Of a DNA stretch of 64,000 nt, positions 30,944-39,834 are shown piece after piece. Each line of letters begins with the position of its first letter. Positions within the stretch are counted from its first letter, which is position 1. The position numbers and the translations under genes are program-made. Under the pieces are notes generated by a model that had not been told where the DNA came from, made no database searches, and was given only the letters and a program-made list of their open reading frames with translations. The DNA is from Mycobacteriales bacterium (lineage in GTDB: Bacteria; Actinomycetota; Actinomycetes; JAFAQI01), in assembly GCA_036268405.1 (NCBI GenBank), contig DATAUF010000077.1:17682-81681 (forward strand). Direction: 5' to 3'.

Positions 30944-30952
30944 ATTGCGACG

Positions 30953-32494
30953 GTGTGGTGCCCCGACTGGCCAGTCGTCGCGGCGGGCAACGCCGCTGCC
31001 GTTGATGCCCTGGACGTCCCGGTCGCGGTCCTCGTGGCCAATCGGGTGGTCGCCTGCTCGAACCGGGCACGCGGGATCGGCGTACGGCGGGGGATGCGAC
31101 GACGCGAGGCGCAGGCGCGTTGTCCCGAGCTGATCGCGCTCGTTCGCGACGAAGCAATCGAGGCACGGTATTTCGAGCCGGCGATCCGCGCCGTCGAGAC
31201 GGTGGTGTCGGGCGTGGAGGTGGTGAGGCCCGGGCTGCTCACGCTGGCGGCGCGGGGCCCGGCTCGCCATCTCGGCGGGGAGCCGGCGCTGGTGACAACG
31301 CTCGAAGAGGCGGTCAGCTGGATGGCGCCCGAGGTGGCGGTGGGGGTCGCCGACGGTGCCTTCGCTGCCGAACAGGCGGCTCGGCAGCGAGTCGTGGTCC
31401 CGGCGGGTGGCTCGGCGGCGTTTCTTGCCGACCTGCCGGTCGGGACGCTCGATGCGTTCGGCGGCTCGGCGCTGGTGGACGTGTTGCGCCGGCTGGGGAT
31501 CTGGACCCTCGGTGGCTTCGCCGCGTTGCCGGCGAAGGACGTCGCTGCCCGGTTCGGTCCGACGGGGGCCTGGGCGCACCGGCAAGCCGGTGGCCGCGAC
31601 GCGAGGCCGGTAGTGATCCGAGAGCCACCGGTCGACTGCTCGGTGACCGTGGACCTCGATCCGCCGGTTGACCGGGTCGACGTCGTCGCGTTCTCCGCCC
31701 GAGGTGCGGTCGAGACGTTCATCGCCAATCTCTCGTCGCGTGGCCTGGCGTGTTCCTGTGTCGAGCTCGAGGTCGCCTCCGAAGCGGGAGAGCGCGCGGC
31801 CCGGCGATGGCGGGCAAGCGGTGTGCTGTCAGCGAGTGACGTCATCGACCGAATCCGCTGGCAGATCGAGGGCTGGCTGCACGCCGCAGACGGCGAACCG
31901 CGGCTCACCGCCGGAATCACCGCGCTTCGGATCGTGCCGGTCGAGACCGTGCCGACCGGGGCACACCAGCAGGCCTTGTGGGGCGGTGACGGAGAGTCGG
32001 GCGAGCGCGCCCGCCGGGCGCTGGCCCGGGTGCAGACCATGCTCGGTTTCGATGGCGTGGTCGCTCCATCAGTAGTGGGCGGCCGCGGTCCGGTGCAGCG
32101 CAACGGGCTCACGGCATGGGGCGAGGAGCGGCCTGTCTCGCGTCGCGCCGACGAGCCATGGCCGGGTCATCTGCCCTCTCCTGCGCCCAGCCTGGTGCTC
32201 GACCCGCCCACTCCGGTGCGGCTGCTCGACGCCTCTGGTCGGTCGGTGGTGGTGGGTGAGCGGGGAGCGATCGTGCGCCCGCCCAGCGTGCTGGGGCTGC
32301 GGGCGGACCCTCCGGTCGCGGTGATCTCGTGGGCCGGTCCGTGGCCGGCGGACGAGCGGTGGTGGGACCCGGCGAGTGCAGTCCGGGTGGCCCGGATGCA
32401 GCTCGTAGACGACCGAGGCCGCGCATATCTGGTGGCGGGCGAGATGTGCAGCGGGGCAGAGCCCCGCTGGCACCTAGAAGGCATCTATGACTAA
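30953..32494 (+). CDS. imuB: ImuB (Y-family polymerase-like, catalytically inactive mutasome scaffold)
   Basis: The conserved N-terminal (L)WCPDWP motif and the Y-family fold place it between imuA' and dnaE2. An alternative GTG start at 30839 overlaps the imuA' stop by 8 nt and would add a (DRPxx)n N-terminal extension encoded by the tandem repeat. Confidence 0.75.
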   Translation: MWCPDWPVVAAGNAAAVDALDVPVAVLVANRVVACSNRARGIGVRRGMRRREAQARCPELIALVRDEAIEARYFEPAIRAVETVVSGVEVVRPGLLTLAARGPARHLGGEPALVTTLEEAVSWMAPEVAVGVADGAFAAEQAARQRVVVPAGGSAAFLADLPVGTLDAFGGSALVDVLRRLGIWTLGGFAALPAKDVAARFGPTGAWAHRQAGGRDARPVVIREPPVDCSVTVDLDPPVDRVDVVAFSARGAVETFIANLSSRGLACSCVELEVASEAGERAARRWRASGVLSASDVIDRIRWQIEGWLHAADGEPRLTAGITALRIVPVETVPTGAHQQALWGGDGESGERARRALARVQTMLGFDGVVAPSVVGGRGPVQRNGLTAWGEERPVSRRADEPWPGHLPSPAPSLVLDPPTPVRLLDASGRSVVVGERGAIVRPPSVLGLRADPPVAVISWAGPWPADERWWDPASAVRVARMQLVDDRGRAYLVAGEMCSGAEPRWHLEGIYD

Positions 32495-32512
32495 CGCCGA
32501 GGCTATGACTAA

Positions 32513-32576
32513 CGCCGAGGCCAACCTTTTGGGTCTTTCAGAGGGGTCTGAAAGACCATTTACGTTGGCCTCGACG
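32513..32576. repeat. palindromic intergenic repeat, copy B (CGCCGAGGCCAACC...GTTGGCCTCGACG)
   Basis: It shares the GAGGCCAAC/GTTGGCCTC arms and the GGGGTCTGAAAGACC centre with copy A. It is preceded by an 18-bp tandem duplication, ctatgactaacgccgagg x2. Confidence 0.85.
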
Positions 32577-32578
32577 TA

Positions 32579-35500
32579 ATGGGGTGGGAGAACCCGCCAG
32601 TTCCTTGGCGGGAGCTGGAGGCTCGCTTGTCGGGCAGAGTGCCCGACAAGCCTCGTGCCGAGGGCGAGGGTGATGGGGGAGATGCGGCCGGCTGGTCGAG
32701 ACACCGGCCGGCGTACGAGCCCAAGCCGATTCCTCGCCCGGTCAAGGCGGTGCCCTATGCCGAGCTGCATGCCCACTCCTCCTTCAGCCACCTCGACGGC
32801 GCGAGCCTGCCGGAGGAGCTGGTCGAGGAGGCCGTCCGGCTCGGCCTGACCGGGCTCGCACTCACCGACCACAACGGGATGTACGGCGTCCCTCGCTTCG
32901 CGGAGGCCGCGGGAGTCGTCGAGCTGCCGACGATCTACGGCGCCGAGCTGTCGCTCGACCTCCCGATGCCCCGGACGGCATCGCAGCGCGCGACCGGCGC
33001 CCGGTCCGGGAGGCCCGACCCGTCGGGGCGGCATCTGCTGGTGCTGGCGCGTGGTCCGTCCGGCTACTCCCTGCTGTGCCGGGCGATGAGCGTCGCGCAT
33101 CGCCGCGGCGGCGCGAAGGGTCATCCGGTCTACGACCTTGACGAGCTGACCGAAGCTGCGGGCGGTCACTGGCTGGTACTGACCGGCTGCCGCAAGGGGT
33201 TGTTGCGCACGGCGCTGGAGTCCGGTGACTACGGGACGTTCGGGCTCGACCCGGCGCGGCGCGCCCTCGACGAGCTGGTGGCGCGATTCGGTCGCGACAA
33301 CGTCGCGGTGGAGCTGTCCTACGCACGCGACCCGCTCGCCGACGAGCGGTACGACGCACTGTCGCTGCTCGCCGAGGAGGCGGGGTTGGTGTGTGTCGCC
33401 ACGACCGGCGCGCACTACCACGGTCCACCGCGACGGCCGCTGGCCACCGCGATGGCGGCGGTGCGGGCACGACGCAGCCTGGACGAGATCGACGGCTGGC
33501 TACCGGCCTGGGCTGACGCGCACCTTCGCAGCGGCGAGGAGATGGCGCAGCGGCTCGCCCGCTGGCCGGGCGCGGTCGAGGCATCGGTGCGGCTGGGCGC
33601 CGAGCTGGCGTTCCCGATCGGGCTGATCGCCCCCAAGCTGCCACCGTTCCCCGCGCCGGCCGGCCACACGGAGATGACGTACCTGCGCAAGCTCTCGTTC
33701 GAGGGCGCCGAGCGCCGTTACGGCCCGCGTCGCAAAGAGTCGGAGAAGGCGTACGCCCGGATCGAGCACGAGCTGAAGGTGATCGAGGAGCTGAAGTTCC
33801 CCGGCTACTTCCTCGTGGTCTGGGAGATCGTCGCCTTCGCGCGGTCGCAGGGCATCCTCTGCCAGGGCCGCGGGTCGGCGGCGTCCTCGGCGGTCTGTTA
33901 CGCGCTGGAGATCACGTCCATCGACCCGGTCTTCTACGACCTGGTATTCGAGCGGTTCCTCGCCGCGGCGCGCAACGAGCCGCCGGACATCGACGTCGAC
34001 TTCGAGTCGGGACGCCGCGAGGAGGTCATCCAGCACGTCTACTCCACCTACGGGCGCGACCACACCGCGCAGGTCGCCAACGTCATCACCTACCGGCCGC
34101 GGTCGGCGGTCCGCGACGTCGCCAAGGCGCTCGGCTATCCGACCGGCACGCAGGACGCGTGGAGCAAGCAGATCGACAGCGCCCATCGGGTCGACCTCGC
34201 CGAGGTGCACGGCGTACCGCAGCAGGTCCTGGACCTGGCCGACGAGCTGCGTGATGCGCCCCGCCATCTCGGCATCCACTCCGGCGGCATGGTGATCTGC
34301 GACCGGCCGATCGTCGAGGTCTGTCCGGTGGAGTGGGGGCGGATGCCCGGCCGGACCGTCCTGCAGTGGGACAAGGACGACTGCGCCGCCATCGACCTGG
34401 TGAAGTTCGACCTGCTGGGGCTCGGGATGCTCTCCGCGTTGCGCTACAGCTTCGAGCTGATCGAGGACTGGTACGGCGTGCACTACGACCTGGCGACGAT
34501 TCCCCGAGAGCAGCCGTGCGTCTACGACATGGTCTGCAAGGCCGACACCGTCGGGGTGTTCCAGATCGAGTCACGTGCCCAGATGGCGACGTTGCCGCGG
34601 CTGCGTCCCCGCAACTTCTACGACCTGGTGATCGAGGTCGCGCTGATCCGGCCCGGGCCGATCCAGGGCGACTCGGTGCATCCCTACATCCGCCGCCGTC
34701 ACGGTCGCGAGCCAGTGACCTATCTGCACGAGAAGATGAAGTCGGCTCTGGAGCGAACGCTCGGCGTCCCGCTGTTCCAGGAGCAGATGATGCAGCTCGC
34801 GGTCGGCGTCGCCAACTTCACACCCAACGAGGCCGACCAGCTGCGGCGCGCGATGGGATCGAAGCGGTCCATGGCCAGGATCGATGCGCTGCAGCAACGG
34901 CTCTACGACGGGATGGCGGACAACGGGATCACCGGCGCTGAGGCCGACACCATCGTGGACAAGATCCGGGCGTTCGCGTCGTTCGGCTTTGCCGAAAGCC
35001 ACGCGATCTCCTTCGCGCTGCTGGTCTACGCGTCGTCGTGGCTGAAGCTGCACCACCCGGCGGCGTTCTGCGCCGCGTTGATCAACGCGCAGCCGATGGG
35101 TTTCTACTCACCGCAGTCGCTGGTCGCCGATGCGCGGCGGCACGGGATCACCACGCGCGGGCCCGACATCAATGTCTCCGCCGCCGCTTGCACCCTCGAG
35201 GCGGATGACGGCCCCTCACAGTGTCCGTGTCTCGATGCGCCGCAACCCGCCGTGCGGCTCGGGCTCTCTGAGGTGCGCACCGTCGGGGACGACCTCGCCG
35301 CGCGAATCGTCGAGATCCGCAAGGCCGACGGCCCGTATTTGTCGATAACCGACCTCGCCCACCGCGTGGGTCTGTCGACCGACCACCTCGAGGCGCTGGC
35401 CACTGCAGGTGCGTTCGACGGGTTCGGTGTCACCCGGCGGGATGCGCTGTGGGTGGCGGGCGCAGCGGCGGCGGTGAAGCCGGGCCAGCTCGAGCTGCCG

Positions 35501-35950
35501 ATCGTCGACGAGCGTGACGCGCCAGAGCTGCCGGTCATGACCTCCCCCGAGCAGATGTACGCCGACCTGTGGGCGACCGGGGTGACGCCGGAGCTCTACC
35601 CGACCGCGCTGTCCCGGGACCGGATGGATGCGCTCGGCGTCGTGACCGCTGCGGGCCTGCGGCTGCTCGAGGACCACACGCGGGTGCTGGTCGGGGGAGT
35701 GGTGACCCACCGGCAGCGGCCGGTCACCGCACGCGGGGTCACGTTCGTCAACCTCGAGGACGAGACCGGGATGATCAACGTGATCTGCTCCAAGGAGATC
35801 TGGGCGCGCTACCGAAAGGTCGCGCAGGGCTCCGCGGCGCTGCTGATCCGCGGCATGCTGCAGCACACCGACAACGTCGTGAACGTCATGGCCGAGCGAA
35901 TCCAGCCACTGCCCCTCGGCGTACGCCCGTCAGCCCGCGACTTCCGCTGA
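32579..35950 (+). CDS. dnaE2: error-prone DNA polymerase DnaE2 (PolIII alpha C-family paralogue)
   Basis: A 1123-aa protein with a PHP domain (HAHSSFS...DG), a PolIIIa core and an OB fold. Its position after imuA'-imuB matches the known cassette. Confidence 0.9.
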   Translation: MGWENPPVPWRELEARLSGRVPDKPRAEGEGDGGDAAGWSRHRPAYEPKPIPRPVKAVPYAELHAHSSFSHLDGASLPEELVEEAVRLGLTGLALTDHNGMYGVPRFAEAAGVVELPTIYGAELSLDLPMPRTASQRATGARSGRPDPSGRHLLVLARGPSGYSLLCRAMSVAHRRGGAKGHPVYDLDELTEAAGGHWLVLTGCRKGLLRTALESGDYGTFGLDPARRALDELVARFGRDNVAVELSYARDPLADERYDALSLLAEEAGLVCVATTGAHYHGPPRRPLATAMAAVRARRSLDEIDGWLPAWADAHLRSGEEMAQRLARWPGAVEASVRLGAELAFPIGLIAPKLPPFPAPAGHTEMTYLRKLSFEGAERRYGPRRKESEKAYARIEHELKVIEELKFPGYFLVVWEIVAFARSQGILCQGRGSAASSAVCYALEITSIDPVFYDLVFERFLAAARNEPPDIDVDFESGRREEVIQHVYSTYGRDHTAQVANVITYRPRSAVRDVAKALGYPTGTQDAWSKQIDSAHRVDLAEVHGVPQQVLDLADELRDAPRHLGIHSGGMVICDRPIVEVCPVEWGRMPGRTVLQWDKDDCAAIDLVKFDLLGLGMLSALRYSFELIEDWYGVHYDLATIPREQPCVYDMVCKADTVGVFQIESRAQMATLPRLRPRNFYDLVIEVALIRPGPIQGDSVHPYIRRRHGREPVTYLHEKMKSALERTLGVPLFQEQMMQLAVGVANFTPNEADQLRRAMGSKRSMARIDALQQRLYDGMADNGITGAEADTIVDKIRAFASFGFAESHAISFALLVYASSWLKLHHPAAFCAALINAQPMGFYSPQSLVADARRHGITTRGPDINVSAAACTLEADDGPSQCPCLDAPQPAVRLGLSEVRTVGDDLAARIVEIRKADGPYLSITDLAHRVGLSTDHLEALATAGAFDGFGVTRRDALWVAGAAAAVKPGQLELPIVDERDAPELPVMTSPEQMYADLWATGVTPELYPTALSRDRMDALGVVTAAGLRLLEDHTRVLVGGVVTHRQRPVTARGVTFVNLEDETGMINVICSKEIWARYRKVAQGSAALLIRGMLQHTDNVVNVMAERIQPLPLGVRPSARDFR

Positions 35951-35957
35951 CTACTCC

Positions 35958-36019
35958 GCCGAGGCCAACGATCTTGGTCCTTCGCGGCCCTTGAGGGACC
36001 CAAAAGGTTGGCCTCGACG
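35958..36019. repeat. palindromic intergenic repeat, copy C
   Basis: GCCGAGGCCAACGATCTTGGTCC ... GGGACCCAAAAGGTTGGCCTCGACG. It starts immediately after the dnaE2 stop codon. Confidence 0.85.
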
Positions 36020-36034
36020 CGAGAAGATCGCGAG

Positions 36035-37267
36035 GTGCGCCGGTCACTCGTCCTTCTGGTCATTGCCGCTCTTTGGTGTGCCGGCAGCGCCGCAGCGGAA
36101 CCGCGGCCCCACGCGGCGGTGGCGGGACCGCGGCTGGTCACGATCACGATTCCGGCGCGCCACGCCAGCATCCCGCCGAAATGGCTGGGCCATGCCGGTC
36201 CGCCGATGGCCGATGTGCTGCTGCCGGCCGGCTACGACGCGCACAAGCGGTATCCGCTGCTGTTCCTGCTGCACGGCCTCGGTGGCAGCTACCAGTTCTA
36301 CGTTCAGCAAGGCCTGCTGCCGGATCTCTACGGCCTCAACGCCATCGTCGTGATGCCCGACGGTGGGCCCGCCGGCTGGTACGCCGACTGGTGGAACGAC
36401 GGGGAGCGTGGGACGCCGGGCTGGGAAACGTACGAGCTCGACGACGTGTTGCCGGCGGTCCTGGCCCGGTATCCGATCTTGCCGCAGCGTCGCTATCACG
36501 CGATCGCGGGCATCTCGATGGGTGGCCTAGGGGCCGGCTATCTGGGCGGCAGGCTGCCCGGCTTCTTCGGAACGGTGGCGTCGCTGTCGGGCTTCGTCGA
36601 CCCGCAACTTCTCGGGACCGCCGTCCAGCCGGCGATGGCGGCCGTGACCAACGGCTTCGTCCCGGGCCCGCTCAGTCGCCGCGATCATGATCCGGTGCCG
36701 ATCTACGGCCCGCCGAGCGGCTTCTACGCCGACGGTCACAACCCATCGCAACTGGCCGTCAACCTGCGGCAGTCGCGGGTGTACGTCACCACCGGGACCG
36801 GTATCCCGAACGTCGCCAGCGTCGGCGTTGTCGTGGCCGGATTCGCCGAGGAGATCGCGGATGCGACCTGGGAGGAGGCCGGGCTGATCTATCCGATGAG
36901 CGAGCGCTACTACAACGCGCTCAATGCCGCCGGTGTCAACGTGACCTACCAGGTGCATTCCGGCGGTCATGATCTCCCGTCGTTCCACAAGGAGCTCCAG
37001 GCGCTGCTGAGCTGGGGTTTGTTCAAGCCCGTTCCCACGCGACCGTCGTCGTGGACCAACAAGACCGTCGCGACCAGCGGCCACCTGTGGGACGTCGCCT
37101 ACCGCTTCGCAAGCCCGCCGACCGCGGTTGTTCAGCTCCGAAGGTCAGGGACCGAGCTGTCGATCAGCGCGGCAGGCACGCCGGTCACGATCACGACCGC
37201 TGGCGGATGCGCCATTCGCACCGCCACGCCAGGCACCATCCGAATCCCGTCAGGCCGCTGCGGCTAG
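36035..37267 (+). CDS. secreted esterase-family alpha/beta hydrolase (PF00756-like, Ag85/S-formylglutathione hydrolase-type fold)
   Basis: A signal peptide is followed by YPLLFLLHGLGG and GISMGGLGA (GxSxG). The GTG start at 36035 is placed after the repeat element; the track's TTG at 36008 lies inside the element. Confidence 0.7.
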   Translation: MRRSLVLLVIAALWCAGSAAAEPRPHAAVAGPRLVTITIPARHASIPPKWLGHAGPPMADVLLPAGYDAHKRYPLLFLLHGLGGSYQFYVQQGLLPDLYGLNAIVVMPDGGPAGWYADWWNDGERGTPGWETYELDDVLPAVLARYPILPQRRYHAIAGISMGGLGAGYLGGRLPGFFGTVASLSGFVDPQLLGTAVQPAMAAVTNGFVPGPLSRRDHDPVPIYGPPSGFYADGHNPSQLAVNLRQSRVYVTTGTGIPNVASVGVVVAGFAEEIADATWEEAGLIYPMSERYYNALNAAGVNVTYQVHSGGHDLPSFHKELQALLSWGLFKPVPTRPSSWTNKTVATSGHLWDVAYRFASPPTAVVQLRRSGTELSISAAGTPVTITTAGGCAIRTATPGTIRIPSGRCG

Positions 37268-37360
37268 TGCGCCCGGTTGGGGAGCGACGTTTTCTGCGTT
37301 CTGTGGGAGGCACATCTCAAGCGACCGAGATCTGACCCTCCCAGTGAAGGAGTGCCTGGC

Positions 37361-37531
37361 ATGAGTGGCATGGACAAGGCGAAGAACGCCGCGGAATCCG
37401 CCAAGGGCAAGGCGAAGGAAGGCATGGGGGAGGCGGTCGGTAACGAGGCGATGCAGGCCGAGGGCAAGGTGGACAAGGCAAAGGGCAACCTCAAGCAGGC
37501 CGGCGAGAAGGTGAAGGACGCGGTCCGCTAA
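37361..37531 (+). CDS. csbD: CsbD-family general stress protein
   Basis: KGKAKEGMGEAVGNEAMQAEGKVDKAKGNLKQAGEKVKDA is a typical CsbD sequence. The ATG at 37361 has a GAAGGAG RBS. Confidence 0.8.
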   Translation: MSGMDKAKNAAESAKGKAKEGMGEAVGNEAMQAEGKVDKAKGNLKQAGEKVKDAVR

Positions 37532-37548
37532 GCCGCAGTGGTCGGCGG

Positions 37549-38745
37549 TCAGCCGCGGGGGAGCACGACGTCGGGGAGCGGGTGGCGGTAGAGCGCCGCG
37601 GCGTTCTCGCTGCAGATCATCCGGAGCTCGTTCGCGGGCAGATGTCCCCACGCGTGCTCGATGACGTCCTGGGTGTCCGGCCAGGTGCTGTCACCATGCG
37701 GGTAGTCGACCTCGACCATGATGTTCTCCACGCCGATCCGGTACCGCGTGTCGATCGTCGACGGGTCGTCGATCGTGCAGAACCAGAAGTTGCGCTTCAG
37801 CACCTCGGACGGGCGGAGCTCCCAACCCAGCCCGTAGCCGGAGCGATCGACGATGTTGTCGAGCCGGTCGAGCAGCATCGCGACCCAGCCGATCCCGCCC
37901 TCACTCATCGCGATCTTGAGGTCCGGGTGGCGCAGCGGGTGCTCCGACCACAGCCACTCCGCGCATGCCCCGAGCGACTGTTGCCCGAACATCGTCGCCG
38001 AGAGCTGGACGGCGGGGGAGCCCGGCGGCAGGTCGGGCATCCCCGAGCTGCCGACGTGCAGCGAGATCACGGTGTCGGTCTCGACGCAAGCCGCGATGAT
38101 CGGGTCCCAGTGCGTCCGGTCCCACAGTGACGGCAGCCCGATCTCGTGCGGGCGCTCCGGGAACGTCACCGACGTGAAGCCACGGTCGGCGTTGCGACGA
38201 ATCTCCGCGACGGCCAGGGCGGGATCGGTCAGGTAGGTGATGCCCAGCGGGATGATCCGGGTCGGATGCGCGGAGTACCACTCCTCGTAGAGCCAGTCAT
38301 TCCAGGCTCGAAGACAGGCGAGGCCGAGCTCTCGGTCTGTCGCGTCGAAGAACACCCGTCCGCAGAACCCGCTGATCTGCGACGGGAAGTTCAGCGACGC
38401 CCATACGCCGTTCAGGTCCATGTCGCGGATCCGGGCATCTACGTCGTAGCAGCCGGGCCGCATCTGGTCGAACCGGAATGGCTCCATCGAGACGGTCTCG
38501 GGTCGCCGGCCCGCGACGGCGTTCATGCCGATCTGGCTGTACTTTCGGCCCTCGAACTCCCAGACCTGGTAGCCGCGTGACGTCTCGACGATTCGCGGTG
38601 CGCTGTCCGCCAGCGTGTCAGGTACCCGTCCGATGAACATGTGCGCCGGCTCGACGACGTGGTCGTCGACGGAGATGACGGTGTAGCGGACCGCGCGCTG
38701 TTCGGGGTCCGGAAGGAACAGCTCGTCGTTGAGCGCCGCCGTCAT
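37549..38745 (-). CDS. amidohydrolase-2 family (PF04909) metal-dependent hydrolase/decarboxylase-like
   Basis: TIM-barrel amidohydrolase-2 pattern (ISVDDHVVEP ... DYPHGDSTWP). The ATG at 38745 has an AGGAG RBS. Confidence 0.75.
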   Translation of the reverse strand: MTAALNDELFLPDPEQRAVRYTVISVDDHVVEPAHMFIGRVPDTLADSAPRIVETSRGYQVWEFEGRKYSQIGMNAVAGRRPETVSMEPFRFDQMRPGCYDVDARIRDMDLNGVWASLNFPSQISGFCGRVFFDATDRELGLACLRAWNDWLYEEWYSAHPTRIIPLGITYLTDPALAVAEIRRNADRGFTSVTFPERPHEIGLPSLWDRTHWDPIIAACVETDTVISLHVGSSGMPDLPPGSPAVQLSATMFGQQSLGACAEWLWSEHPLRHPDLKIAMSEGGIGWVAMLLDRLDNIVDRSGYGLGWELRPSEVLKRNFWFCTIDDPSTIDTRYRIGVENIMVEVDYPHGDSTWPDTQDVIEHAWGHLPANELRMICSENAAALYRHPLPDVVLPRG

Positions 38746-38752
38746 CGCACTC

Positions 38753-39655
38753 CTAGCTCGTCTGCGGTGTCGCCGTCTCGTCCGTGGACGCCTGCCAGGG
38801 TCTCGCAGTCGCGAACCATGCCACGAATCCTGCGAACAGTACGCCGACCAGAGTCCAGCCGAGCTCGGTCGTGCCGACACCGACGTACTTCAGCCCGGAG
38901 GCGAGAATCACGAACGTGATGGCGGGGCGGATGTAACGGTCCGGTGCGCGAGAGGACAGGAACGACCCGACAAGGACGGCCGGGACGCTGCCGATGATCA
39001 GCGAGGTCGTCACGCCGAAGGACACGTTGCCGAACGCGAGCGCGCCAAGCGCAGCCGCTCCGGTAAGCGGAAGTGCCTGGCTCAGGTCGGTTCCGACCAG
39101 CTGGTTGGCACCGATCATCGGGTAGAGGAACAGCAGAAGGACGATCATCAGCGAGCCCGAGCCGACCGACGTCATGCCGACGACGATCCCGCCGACCATC
39201 CCGATCGCGATCGTGCGCAGCGGGTGCACGTGGATGTCGGTGACCACGCCCTGGCGACGGTTGCCCGCTCGCTGGTCGAGGACGAACCGCAGCACCATCG
39301 CCGCGGCGCCCAGCAACAGGGCGCTGCCGAGCAACCGCTCGACGTTGGTCTGAGCGTCGGAGGAGTCCCCGAGCCGGTGCAGCAGGTAGGACCCCAGGAA
39401 CGCCATGGGCACCGAGCCCACTGACATCAGCCAGACCAGCCGCAGGTTGACCGTTCCCTTGCTGAGGTGGACCAGTGCGCCAAGCGGTCGCATCACGACG
39501 GCGGCGACGAGGTCGCTGGAGATCGCCTTGTCGGGCTGGACGTTGAACAGCAGGATCAGCATCGGCGTCATGAGCGCGCCCCCACCCGCTCCGGTCGTGC
39601 CGACGAGGATGCCGATGATCGCGCTGCCCAGAACGATGTAGGGGTCGACATGCAT
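38753..39655 (-). CDS. TauE/SafE (DUF81) family sulfite/anion exporter
   Basis: A 300-aa membrane protein with 8 TM helices and two Gly-rich repeats. A GAGAGG RBS precedes the start. Confidence 0.8.
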   Translation of the reverse strand: MHVDPYIVLGSAIIGILVGTTGAGGGALMTPMLILLFNVQPDKAISSDLVAAVVMRPLGALVHLSKGTVNLRLVWLMSVGSVPMAFLGSYLLHRLGDSSDAQTNVERLLGSALLLGAAAMVLRFVLDQRAGNRRQGVVTDIHVHPLRTIAIGMVGGIVVGMTSVGSGSLMIVLLLFLYPMIGANQLVGTDLSQALPLTGAAALGALAFGNVSFGVTTSLIIGSVPAVLVGSFLSSRAPDRYIRPAITFVILASGLKYVGVGTTELGWTLVGVLFAGFVAWFATARPWQASTDETATPQTS

Positions 39656-39834
39656 GCGGAGTGCCTCTCGCCGCCGGGTGAGGCGCCCAAACTACACAAA
39701 TCCGATCGACAATCCTTTCGGCGGATGCCGCGCCGCTCGCCCGTAAATAGTCCTTTCGGACCAGCGCGTGGACAGAGGAAATCCCGCGGAGGTCCATCTA
39801 GAGTGGAGATAGTCCCGCTGTTGAGGAGGATGCC

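Noticed and set aside
30839-30952. Treating the imuB N-terminal (DRPxx)n extension as definitely translated.
   Set aside because: The conserved ImuB core starts at WCPDWP, where a GTG is available (30953). The extension is repeat DNA. Both starts are kept as alternatives rather than asserting the longer one.
36008-36034. The track start (TTG, MASTREDREV) for the esterase gene.
   Set aside because: It lies inside the palindromic repeat copy C. The GTG at 36035 gives a clean signal peptide immediately after the element.
37268-37360. The hairpin TGGGAGG...CCTCCCA upstream of csbD as a riboswitch or ncRNA.
   Set aside because: It has a single 7-bp stem with a long loop and no recognisable riboswitch architecture. 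It is probably a terminator of the upstream esterase gene or an incidental structure.
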